Shown: piece by piece, positions 1 to 12,519 of the stretch
Layout: each line of letters starts with the position of its first letter
How positions within the stretch are numbered: position 1 is the stretch's first letter
NCBI RefSeq assembly: GCF_006345805.1
Contig: NC_043003.1
Span: 8,990,001-9,054,000, forward strand
DNA: 64,000 bases
Reading direction: 5' to 3'
DNA from: Octopus sinensis
Taxonomy: Eukaryota
Notes under the pieces: model-generated
Database searches by the model: none
What the model was told of the DNA's origin: nothing
The model's input: only the letters and a program-made list of their open reading frames with translations
Translations under genes and position numbers: made by a program

Positions 1-357
1 TTATCAACCACATGGTTCCAGGTTCAGTCTCACTGCACGGAACCTTGGGTAAGTGTCTTCTACTATAGCCACGAGCCAACCAAAGCTTTGTGAGTGGATT
101 TGGTTGACAGAAACTGAAAGAAGCCAGTCGTAGTATATATATGTATGTGTGTGTATTTGTGTGTCTGTGTTTGTCCCTCCCCACCATCGGTTGACAACTG
201 ATGTTGGTGTGTTTACATCCCCGTAACTTAGCGGTTTGGTAAAAGAGACCGATAGAATAATTACTAGGCTTACAAAGAATAAGTTCCGAGACGGATTTGT
301 TTGACTAAAGATGGTGCTCCAGCATGGCAGCAGTCAAATGACTGAAACAAATAAAGG
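1..357 (+). mobile_element. tRNA-derived SINE, family A (truncated by window edge)
   Basis: Family A consensus: GGTTC B-box, CCTTGGGCAAGTGTCTTCTACTATAGCC, internal (TA)/(TG)n, tail ATGACTGAAACAAGTAAAAGAG. Confidence 0.85.
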
Positions 358-689
358 AAATAATTTCAGTACTGTTTCTTCTCTGTTCACGTATAACCAG
401 TCAGAAGCTCTAAATAGGATCACGTTGGCGCCACCAATTTGTAGAGAACCATTCTTGTCACCTCACATCACATGGCTCTTTCCAAATTGGTGATCCTGAT
501 GTGATCCTATTTAGAGCCTCTGATTAGTTATACGTGGCGGGGGAAATCGAGTAGGAGACATTGTGCCAGTACCAACCAATCAGAGTAGTGGACACAACAA
601 GATCCAAATAGCAGCCAAAGGCTAGCTGTTCCCTGCTACGTTTGAATGCACTTATATGTAATAAATGAGAGAGAGGAATTTCACCTGAG

Positions 690-903
690 TCTATGGGTCC
701 AGTGATACAAACTTTATATTCTAAAGTTGTCCGAATTGAAACCTTTCACAAAAATTTCATGTTAATTCATGATGATTTATGTTAATTTATGTTCCAGACA
801 CCAGCTTAATCATTAGTTATTTCATGAAATTTTTCATTATTTTTTAAATTAATTGAAACAAAAGCAGTGTATTCCAACAGAAATATGCTAACAAAAGGGC
901 TTA
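690..903. mobile_element. Degenerate piggyBac-like MITE related to the 49.7-50.6 kb family
   Basis: Reverse complement starts TTAAGCCCTTTTGTTAGCATATTTCTGTTG and follows the same body. Confidence 0.55.
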
Positions 904-1315
904 ATTACTTACATTCGTCACCATTCTCTGATAACGAGTTTAATTATAGTAATTTACTATTTGTAGATGGCACTACTACCGGGTCCATGCTTTCTCTGAC
1001 TATCAGTTGTGAAGTTCTATAAATATTACCATTTTTCATTCATTTGTCAATTAAACTCCTTTAAGCATTTATTATTCACTAACCCCTTCACATCATGACC
1101 CCACAGTGTCATAGATGGAGTGTGTGCTGCCCAGGGAGAACCATTGACTTTGCTCCCCATTTTACAGGCTTATACATCAGACCCAAAAGTGATGCTCCCC
1201 ACACCATCCTATAAAAGTGTCCCCTGGAGCAGGTCACACTTCTTGCCTGTCTGCCCCCTGGCTACGTAACTGTGACCACAACAATCAATCACTTCAATAT
1301 TTAATATTTCATACT

Positions 1316-1749
1316 TTTAGCATTTCGAGTGTGATCGTTACCAGCGTCGCCTTACTGGCACTTGTGCCTGTGCTAGTAGGGTGCCAAGAGCACCATCCGA
1401 GCGTGATCATTGCCAGAGCAGCCAACTAGCTTCCATACTTGTGGCACGTAAAAGGGCACCATTCGAGCGTGATCGTTACCAACGTCGCTTCACTGGCATC
1501 TGTGCCGGTGGCACGTGTAAAAAGATTTGAGCGAGGTCATTGCCAGTACCGCCTGACTGGCCCCCATGCCGGTGGCACGTAAAAATCACCCGCTACACTG
1601 GTTGGCATTAGTAAGGGCATCCAGCTGTAGAAACTCTGCCAGATCAAGATTGGAGCCTGGTGCAGCCATCTGGTTTGCCAGCCCTCAGTCAAAATCATCC
1701 AACCCATGCTAGCATGGAAAGCAGACGTTAAACGATGATGATGATGATG
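1316..1749 (+). mobile_element. Retroposon family C (66-bp VNTR + conserved 3' domain + (ATG)n tail)
   Basis: Repeats of GGTGGCACGTAAAAAGCACC..., then AAGGGCATCCAGCTGTAGAAAC ... CCATGCTAGCATGGAAAGCAGACGTTAAACGATGATG. Confidence 0.85.
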
Positions 1750-2034
1750 TTGTGAGGGTTGGTGACAGGAAGTGCATCCAGCCATAGAAAATCATATATT
1801 CTTTTATCTTTTACCTTCTTACTTGTTCCAGTCATTAGCTTGCAGTCATGCTGGAGCATGACACTTTTTAAAGTTTTTAGTTGCAGGTGTGGCTGTGTGG
1901 TAAGTAGCTTGCTTACCAACCACATGGTTTTGGGTTCAGTCCCACTGTATGACACCTTGGGCAAGTGTCTTCAACTATTGCCTCAGGCCAACCAAAGCCT
2001 TGTGAATGAATTTGGTAGACGGAAATTGAAAGAA

Positions 2035-2228
2035 GGACAAACAAGGACAGACAAACGGATTAAGTCGATTATATTGACCCCAGTGCATAACTGGTACTTA
2101 TTTAATCGACCCTGAAAGGATGAAAGGCAAAGTCGACTTCGGTGGAATTTGAACTCAGAACGTAACGGCAGACGAAATATCGCTAAGTATTTCGCTCGGC
2201 GTGCTAACGTTTCTGCCAGTGTATCGCC
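2035..2228 (-). mobile_element. SINE family B monomer fused to a family A head (1886-2034, +)
   Basis: Matches family B consensus, reverse strand. Confidence 0.85.
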
Positions 2229-2852
2229 TTCATAAAAGAATCAAAGAATCACCTTTAAAACCCTGGTATTTGTTCTGTCAGCCTCTCTGAATCTGAAATG
2301 CTGAATCTATGGCCAAACAACTTTGATGGCATGCTGTGAAAGTGTACAACGTCGTCGTGGTGTTGGAGCGGAAGACGACGGAGCATTGATCTGGCTGTCA
2401 TTCACCATCACTGACTCATCTCCTGCTCCTGTTAATTTCTGACTCATTTCGCTCTCCCTTCGTATGACTCTCCCTACGTTTTGCTCTCCGTCTGTTGATG
2501 CTGCAGCTGTAACATGATGCTGCTGATAACGTTTGTTTGCCTTCTTTTCTTTCCTTTCTTTCTTTTGCTGCTGTTGATGGCCACACTGTCGTCTGTTGCT
2601 GCTGCTGCTGGTCTCATTAATACTGCTGCTGTCAGTCCATTTGATGTTCCTCTTGTTTCTCTAGTTGAGGTTGTTGCTGTTGTTGTTGGTCAAGTTGATG
2701 CTGCTGATGATGATGCTGCTGTTGTTGCTATTCTTTGTTTTGTTATTACTAGTGTCACATGGGTTGATCTCCTACTACTGTTGTTTTTGTTGTGGTGATG
2801 ATGATGATGATGGTAGTCTTGTTGCTGGTGGTGATGATGATGGTCATGGTGG

Positions 2853-2907
<55 letters not shown>

Positions 2908-3395
2908 AACGATTGTGGTGGTGGTGGGTGATGGTTCAGTAATGTTCAGTGGTTTGAAGGTGGCGAGCTGGCAGAATTATCAAAACACTGGACAAAATGC
3001 TCAACAGCAAAATACTGCTAAGCATTTCACCTGGCATGCTAATGTTTCTGCCAACTCGCTGCCTTAAATATCTTTCCTACTGTAAGCACAAGGCCTGAAA
3101 TTTTGGGAGAGGTGGAGCCAGTTGATTAGATCAACCCCAGTACGCAACTGGTGCTTAATTTGTCAACCCCGAAAGGACGAAAGGCAAAGTCGACCTTGGC
3201 AGAATTTGAACTCAGAACGTAAAGATAGATGAAATACCGCTAAGCATTTTACCTGGCATGCTAACGTTTCTGCTAGCTCAACACCTTTTGCATATTTATA
3301 TATTAAGTTAGACACAAGCTTGAGCTAAAATCTATGCAAATGTGCATCTAGAAACAAGTATGTTTACACATGGAAGCCATAACAGTCCATTATTA

Positions 3396-3790
3396 CAGAT
3401 GTGGCTGTGTGGTAAGAAGTTTATCTCCCAATCACATGATTCCAGGTTCAGTCCCACTATCTGGAACTGTTGGGAGGTAGCTTCTAGTATAGCCTGGGTC
3501 AATCAAAGCCTTGTGAGTTGATTTGGTAGATGGAAACTGAAAGAAGCCTGTTGTACTTGTGTTTTTGTGTGTGTGTCTGTGTTTGTCCCTCGCCACTACT
3601 TGCTAACCGATGTTGGTGTGTTTATGTCCCCGTAACTTAGCAGTTCAGGAAAAGAGAGCAATGGAATGAGCACCAGGCTAAAAAAAGAAAAAAAGAAAAG
3701 TACTGGGGTTGATTTATTTGATTAAAACATTCTTCAAGGCCGTGCCCCAGCATGGCCACTTTCTGATGACTCAAACAAGTAAAAGTAAAA
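3396..3790 (+). mobile_element. SINE family A, diverged full-length copy
   Basis: Head GTGGCTGTGTGGTAAG through tail CAAGTAAAAG. Confidence 0.8.
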
Positions 3791-3864
3791 ACAAGTAATG
3801 GCAACATGAGACAATGTCTGAATTTGTCAGTATTCTGACTAAGAACTCTGCCATTATTACTAAA

Positions 3865-4430
3865 GCAGTCACCATCACCACTGACATCAACACCATCACT
3901 GACACCATTACCACTATCATCATCATCACCATCATCATCACCACCAACACTACCATTACCACCATCATCACCATCACCACCATCATCACCGACACCACCA
4001 CCACACCACCACTACCACACCACCAACACCACCACCATCCCCACCAACACCATCACTATCATCACCAACACAACCACCATCATCACCGACACCATCACCA
4101 CCACAAGACCACCACCACCATCACCACCAGCACCATCACTATCACCACCACCACCACCAACACCACCAACACCACCACTAACCCTGAAACGACCCGCAGT
4201 AATCCCCAAGCTTCACCTCTCAGCTCACTATTTCCACGAATGTCGAATGTCGCGATAACCATAAAAATATTTTTACCGAAACTAACGCCACCATCATTTA
4301 CTGTTATCACCACCACCATCATCATCGTCATTACCGCTACCAATACTACAACTGTCCCAACCACCCTCATCAATACTTATATTTACTGTTAACCACCACC
4401 ACCACCACCACCACCACACCACTACTACCA
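3865..4430. repeat. Compound (CAC/CAT/ACC)n microsatellite
   Basis: Seen directly; explains the poly-T/H/I ORFs. Confidence 0.95.
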
Positions 4431-5329
4431 TAATCGTTATTAGTATCACCTCTTTGACCTCTCTCTACCCCCGTAGCCAATACTATGTCTGTTTACATTA
4501 GCACTGCTAATGTATAATGTTAGTATAACATTATGCTGTATGTAGCAAGCACCCGTCTGCAAATCATCTGCAGTGTTCTGTAGAGGTCTGCTACCCTGTT
4601 TTCATGACAAGGGGGTGCTCCCCAGCTGTCATAATTCTGCATTGCACAACACGTTCATTGTTTTCTGCAGCATCGGTTTGCGTATCCGATGGACTTGCAT
4701 GCATCGTTCTGCTGAAAGCAGACCTTTCTCTCTCTCTCTCTGTCTGTCTCTTTCTGTTTCTCTCTCTCGCTCTCGCTCTCTCTGTCTGTCTCTGTTTGTC
4801 TTACTCTCTCTCACTCTCTCTCTCTCTCTCCCTCGCTTTCTTTCCTTTTCAAATGTACATGCGCATACACATATGTAAATACACTCACACACACACACTC
4901 ATGATCATGAATCCGGACGAAATCATACACTCGCGCATTAACGTAGATTTTCACTCATAAGTACACATTCCACATGTGTGTAGTTGTAATCACGCACATG
5001 CACACACACACACACACACACACATGTGTATATGCTCATCCATAAGCACACACAAACACATGCACATACGCATACACACACGCACACAAAGATACATGTG
5101 TATTGCTCATGCATAAGCACACATACACACATGTACGCACACATACACACATACATACATGCATGCACACACACACAAAGCTACATGTGTATGTGCTCAT
5201 GCATAAGTACACGCATACACACACATGCATGCAGACATACGCAAACACAAAGATACATGTGTGTGTGCTCATGCATGTGCACACACACACACGCACACAT
5301 ATACACACGCGCACACACACATACACGCA

Positions 5330-5770
5330 TACATGTAAGAAGATATTCGTTATCTTTTACTTTCTGCTTCTTTTAGTCATTGGACAACGGCCATGCTGGA
5401 GCATAGCTCTGAAGAACTTTAGTCCAAAGGCTTGATCCCAGTTAAATTTGTTACTTATTCTATCAGTCTCTTTTGTGAACTGTTAAGTTTTGGGGATGTA
5501 AACACACCAACACTGGTTGTTTGGTGGTGAAGGAGGTATGACAAACACACACACACACATGCATGCACACACACGGATGCACCCACGCATGCATGCACAC
5601 ACACACACATGTATGTATATACACACAGTTTCCTTCTATCAAATTCAATCATAGGATGTTAATCAGCCTTGTACTATGGTAGAAGACACTTGCCCAAGGT
5701 TCTGTGCGGTGGGATTGAACCCAGATCCCATGTAGTTGCAAAGCATATTTCTTAACCAGACAGCCATACT
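5330..5770 (-). mobile_element. SINE family A, diverged
   Basis: Reverse complement of tail, body and head. Confidence 0.7.
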
Positions 5771-6411
5771 TGCCATTGTCATTTTTGTTTATGAAATTTC
5801 ACACGCAAAGCATCAGTCAATCGGAAGTCTGCGAGAAGACTTCCTGCCCAAGGTGCCGTGTGTTGGGACCAAACCGGGAACCATGTGGTTTTGAAGTGAA
5901 TGTTTTCCCCACACAACCTCACTCATTCTTTAATCTTCAAAATATCAAGCTGGGCAAAATGCGTATTGGTATTTCATCTGTCTCTACGTTCTGAGTTCAA
6001 ATTCCGCCAAGGTCGACTTTGCCTTTCATCCTTTCAGGGTCAATAAATTAAGTACCAGGTATGCACTGGGGTCGATGTAATCGACTTAATCCCTTTGTCC
6101 TTGTTTGTCCCCTCTATGTTTAGCCCCTTGTGGGCAAAAAAAAATAAAAAATCAAGTTGTGACACAAGCCAATGAGAGAATATCTTTCTCTGGGTGTTTG
6201 ATCTACTAGAAATCACAGCTAAATCTCTCCCATGTCACACACCATCATCTTACTATAGAAGAATACACTGGACCATGTTGTTCCCACAGCCGGAACATCT
6301 TTTACACTTTGTCTAATCAAATAATTGATGCAGACCCAAGCAACAACAAGTTGTGAAATGGTGTTTTCTCAGTCAACAAAGATGTATGAAGTTATTTTTA
6401 TTTGGTAATAA

Positions 6412-6786
6412 GGCGCAGGAGTAGCCGTGTGGTAAGTAGCTTGCTTACCAACCACACGGTTCTGGGCAAGTGTCTTCTACTATAGCCTCAGGCCAACCAA
6501 AGCCTTGTGAGTGGATTTGGTGGACGGAAACTGAAAGAAGCCCGTCGTATATATATGTGTGTGTGTATGTGTGTGTGTGTTTGTGTGTGTTTGTCCCCCT
6601 CTGTCACTTGACAACTGATGCTGGTTTGTTTACGTCTCCGTAACTTAGCGGTTCGGCAAAAGAGACCGATAGAATAAGTACTAGGCTTACAAAGAATAAG
6701 TCCTGGGGTCGATTTGCTTGACTAAAGGCGATGCTCCAGCATGGCTGCAGTCAAATGACTGAAACAAGTAAAAGAGTAAAAGAGAG
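6412..6786 (+). mobile_element. SINE family A (B-box region deleted)
   Basis: GGCGCAGGAGTAGCCGTGTGGTAAG ... AAAAGAGTAAAAGAG. Confidence 0.85.
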
Positions 6787-7342
6787 TGAAGAGTAATCTA
6801 GAGACATAGTCTTACTAAATCACAAATAACAGTTCCTCGTATTATTTCACCAATACCCTGTACGCCATCAATCACCTGTGTCTTTCATGACTTAGGTAAA
6901 AATTAACCGTTTGTTAGATGCATCACTTATTAATTAATGTAATAGACAAAGAAAGGAAATGGAGACTGGACAGCAAACAGGATAGAACATGCCAGCCACG
7001 GCTCTCTGTATTACTAAATACAAGAAGATATACTGCATCTGATGGCATAAAAGATGCTTGGACATATTAGATGCACAGGTATATTTGACGCACCTCAATT
7101 TCAGCTGGGCATATTCAGGTAAAAAAAATTATTTTAGTATGTTAAAGCTTGTAATATTTAAAGCAGTCTAGCAGTAGATTAGAAAACATTGTGAAAGTAC
7201 CTTAACTAATGTTTAAGTAGCACTTTGGCAAAAGAAACTAAGAGAATGGTGCTCAGGTTTCTATAAAAAGACAATATGTTGTTGGTCTGTTCTGCTAAAC
7301 CTTTCAAGGCAGTTTGCCAGTTTAGCTTCTGTCCAAAGATTG

Positions 7343-7588
7343 AAATGACTAAGAGAATAAAATGACTAAAGATGAAGAATAAAATGACTAAAGTGACTAA
7401 AAAGGACTAAAAATGACTAAAACGACTAAAATGGCTAAAGATGGCTAAAATGACTATAATGACTAAAAATGACTAAAATGAATAAATGATTAAAAGAATA
7501 AAATGAATAAAAAGGACTAAAATTGACTAAAAGAATAAAATGACTAAAAATGATTAAATGAATAAAATGTGTAAAAGAATAAAATGAA
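7343..7588 (+). repeat. Degenerate ~10-bp minisatellite (AAAATGACTA / AAGAATA)
   Basis: More than twenty imperfect units read directly. Confidence 0.9.
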
Positions 7589-8190
7589 AGACACTTGCCC
7601 AAGGTGCCACACAGTGGGACTGAACCCAGAACCATGTGGTTGGTAAGCAAGCTTCTTACCACACAGCCACATGTACTGTCTTTTGATGAAATGGCTTTTG
7701 GTTGTAGGTCTGTTTTATCACATCTAACTTACAACTCCACAACCACAGGTACCTACATACTTTCCTATAGAGCAGCTATCCACTCACCTTTATGGCTCTT
7801 CCATTAGTTACCTGAGACTATACCTGTCTAAATTAGCTCTGACCTGCTCTCTTTCTCAGTTTGATCCTGCTTCTTAAAAGACTATTATGGCTATTAATTC
7901 CTGTTAATTACCTAATGGTTCACAGGTAGATCCAAAGACGTTGCAACGAGAAGGTGAAAATGAGCTGATTAGTTGAGAAGAGCAACAATTGCTCTGTCAA
8001 CAGCCATGACAACAACAACAACAACTACTACAACAACAACAACACCGGGGCAGCAACCATGTAAACAGATTGGATGTTTATTAACAACAGCATTGCTGTA
8101 CATTGTTAACACAGATGTTTCTTAATGCAGTTTCTTTGAAAGTAAACTCCATCTGTTTCACTCTGAACCTACATGTGTGTGTTTGTGTGT

Positions 8191-8455
8191 GAAGGTGCGT
8201 GGCTTAGTGGTTAGGAGCATTCGGCTCACGATTGTAAAGTCGTGAGTTCAATTCCTGGCGACACGTTGTGTCCTTGAACAAGACACTTTATTTCAATTTC
8301 ACGTTGCTCCAGTTCACTCAGCTGGCAAAAATGAGTAGTACGTTAAGGGTACACGTGTCTGTGGAGTGCTCAGCCACTTGCACGTTAATTTCACGAGCAA
8401 GCTGTTCCGTTGATCGTATCAGCTGGGACCCTCGTCATTGCAACCGATGGAGTGT
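8191..8455 (+). mobile_element. SINE family E variant
   Basis: tRNA-like head GGTGCGTGGCTTAGTGGTTAGG, CCTTGAACAAGACACTT segment, family E 3' end. Related heads at ~23872, ~31150-31412 (-), ~46975, ~56340-56557 (-). Confidence 0.75.
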
Positions 8456-9184
8456 TCCCCAGTGTGTGTGTGTGTGTATGCATACACTGAGACATACTTG
8501 CATACAGGTATGGGTGTCTTGCCATTGTATCAGGTTTGTAAACAAGCATCTTTACTTTAAGGTGCCACCTAGTCAGATTGGACCCAAGACCAGGTGGTCT
8601 GGAAGCAAGCTTCTTAAACACTAAAGACATTATGTAATTCCTGATGCATATCCAGCAGCATGAGCATTTCCTGTGTATGATGACATCAGGTAGCCACTGA
8701 ATGTAGAGGAGCTTTGCATAACATTCTACGAAGCTTTTACCCAAGTCTTATTTAACTATATATATATATTATATTAGAGCGAGAGAGAGTGAGAAAGAGA
8801 GAGAGAGGGACTGACAAAGAGAAAGAGTGAGAGAGAGAATGACAAAGAGAAAGAATGAGAGAGGGAGAGAGAAAGAGAGGGAGAGAGAGAGAGAGAGAGC
8901 CGTAACCTCTATGTACAAAAGGTTAAGTTATATAACTTCTTAATTATTCTTTTACTTAACAGTATTTATTTTGATTTTATAAATTTATATATATATATAT
9001 GTTTTATGGTTTGACAACCTACTATAAACATAAATGTATATATTACGCTATATACCATAAAACAAATAAACATACACCATAAACACACATGTTCTCCTAC
9101 GCATTCATGCTCTTCACTTGCAACTCTACTTGTTAAAAACTGGTTTTAGGAATTTTCGAAGCTGTTTCAATTTATGAGTTACAG

Positions 9185-9465
9185 TTATATTATTATCATC
9201 ATCGTTGTCATCATTATCGTGATCATTGTCAATATTGTCAGTTGTCATCATCATCATCATTGTCGTTGTCATCGTCATCATCACCACCACCACCACCACC
9301 ACTGCCATCATCATAATCATCGTTGTCGTCATCATCACCATTACCATCATCACCACCACCACCACTACTACCACCACAATCATCGGCATCATCATCATCA
9401 TCATCACCACCATCATCATCATCATCATCATCACCATCACCACCACCACCACCACCACCATCATC
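9185..9465. repeat. Compound (CAT/CAC)n microsatellite
   Basis: Seen directly. Confidence 0.95.
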
Positions 9466-10769
9466 AAAGTGATGAGCTGGCAGAATTGTTAGCGCCTCAT
9501 GCAAAATGTTTAGTGGGCATTTCTTCTGGGTCTTTGTGCTCTGAGTTCAAATATGACCAAAGTCGACTTTGCTCACCATCCTTTCTGGGGTTTTGTAAGC
9601 TGCATACACGTGAGTGTTGTCTTCAGCTCCATCTGCAGCTTCTGGTCATCATGGAATGAGAATGAAGGGACATGGCTGTTTTTGGCATTTTTGGTCACAG
9701 TACAGTTTGGCACTGAAGGTATACACACACTCACACATACAGAAATATGTGCATACAAAGAGAGAGAAGGAAAGAGAGAAAGCGAGAGACATTGTATTTG
9801 TTAATTGAATATGATTGACGTAAAAACTTTTCCTCTCTTCAGATGCATAAAGAGAAATATGTCCACACACATAAACAGAGGCGGGGAGAGACATTACACA
9901 TACTTGCATACACACACACACACACACACACAACTAGATGTTCACACACACGAACAAATAGTGAGAGAGAGATGCAGTGAACAACAGAATCAGAGAAACA
10001 TGAAGACGTCTGATGTCAAATAAGTCAGCATCGAATCAGTGAGGCTAAACAGTGGTGGTGGTGGGGTGGGGGTCAAAATGGCTGTCCCAGAATGTCTCAT
10101 ACTCCAGTCTTTTGCAGCATTCAAAAGGCTGGGTTTTAGCTTTCAGCTTCCTTTTGGTACATTCTTGCAGTGTCATTTCTTGTTCTTCATGTGAAAAACA
10201 TTTGGGTGCAACTTGGTGCAGATTCTCATTGCATTGATGCAACTGCCTTATTTTATTGCATCAGAATACAAAAGATTTGGTTTATGCTCTCATGTATATT
10301 TTATTAGGGATAACGTGCATGCTGTCAGGACAGGCTCCAGTGATGCATAAACTCAGCACTGATGCCAATTAGCAGCGCTACATCATGTCCAGTCATCTAA
10401 AATCGAATATATATATATCTATATATATATATACATACAAAGTAAGAAAGGGTTTATGGGTGTAACCCACTAAGGGATAGTATTTGTCCAATATACTGTT
10501 GGTAAAGTACCCAGATTCTTAATACATAAATGTTTTTAATTGCAATGCAATTAAGTCATTTATTGTATTAAACGGGTGAAGGTAAAGAAATATTTTTACC
10601 GTTAATTTATAATACAAATAAGAAAATGGAGAAACAAATTTGGTTTGTTCATCAACTTTCGGATATTAGAATTTTGGATTATTTATTCATATGTATATAT
10701 ATATATATGTACACAGACATGCCGGAAGTAAATAGACAACTTTACTTTTCAAAAAATCTTTTATTTCAT

Positions 10770-11136
10770 ATTAATTGGTTGAAGGAGAGGTTTTCTTCTA
10801 GCTGCTCATCCATAATACCCAAGCTTATGCAGATATATAACACATGTTCTTGGACTAACTTTTAGCTGTTTTGCAATGTCAGAAGCCTTCAAACGGGGTT
10901 TGTTTTCCACAATTCTCTTCAAACAGTGAAGCTTCCTTTCCCAGGGCCCAGGTCAGCCGAGAATCTGTTGATTCTTTTCCTTGGCTTTTGAATTGCACTA
11001 TAATTCTATTAACAGTAGCAAGAGGAATTTAAAGATTTTCGGCAATTTTTCGCTGGCTAAGACCAGCCTCAGATTACCCAACAATACAACCTCTTTGAAA
11101 ATCTCACAGTTCTGCTGAATTTTTTGTGCGTGTCAT
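10770..11136 (-). pseudogene. Decayed Tc1/mariner transposase, N-terminal DNA-binding region
   Basis: Minus-strand translation [54 protein letters not shown], then after a frameshift LKRIVENKPRLKASDIAKQLKVSPRTCVIYLHKLGYYG*AARRKPLL. This is the typical Tc1 paired HTH and ARRKPLL motif; no DDE domain or TIRs found. Confidence 0.85.
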
Positions 11137-11459
11137 GGTTACTCCTTCGCAAATGTTTGATATAATGGCACCTGGAATGAAAAAGAATCATTACATTGTA
11201 AATTCTGCACCACTGAGGGTGGATAAAATAAATACCAGTTATGTACTGGGGGTTGATGTAATTGTCTTACCCCTCTTTCCCCAAAATAGCTGGCCTTGTG
11301 TCAAAATTTGCAATTGATATCATTTATCTGTATCAGCCTAATCAATCGTAATCTATCACAGCACTCCATCCCATTATAACCACACACGCACACATGTTAC
11401 AGCCAATCAGTCATTCACATACAAGAAAGCATACAACGATCGCCCAAGTCCAATTTATA

Positions 11460-12105
<646 letters not shown>

Positions 12106-12519
12106 GTGTGTATATAATTTACTTTACAACACACTTGAAACAAGTTTGTTAAATGCCCTCTCTTGCGACTTTGATTGCGTCATAAAACCCCCCCCGGAGC
12201 GTAAGTGAGATCTTCAGCTTTTATGATTACTCCTTATAAAACCTTTATTATCTCATTCAAGTCATTAATATTGCTCTGACGTGTTTTACTGTGCCTATAA
12301 ATTTACACGGCCGGGTGTTAGCAAAAGCTTGAGATTTGTTTATGTTTCTTTAAGTCTCTATACATACATACGTATTCATGTATCCCAGACAGACATATAC
12401 AGCCATAAACACACACATACAATCCTACACATACACACATATGATTTTTATTTTCTTGTGTGTCGTATTGGCTTTATTTGGCTATAGAATATAGATGACC
12501 GTTATTATTGTGATTGAGA

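Noticed and set aside
3771-4392. Long ORF-track entries rich in T/H/I/V/M or Y/I/C/V (here and throughout)
   Set aside because: Translations of (CAC/CAT)n, (TA)n, (CA)n or (CCTT)n microsatellites.
4901-4948. CpG-rich mini-ORF MIMNPDEIIHSRIN|GTAGAT as alternative start exon
   Set aside because: Weak donor and no independent support.
7595-7807. Recurrent small ORFs '[22 protein letters not shown]' and 'MLAWVG...[12 protein letters not shown]'
   Set aside because: Antisense or sense readings of SINE families A and C, not a gene family.
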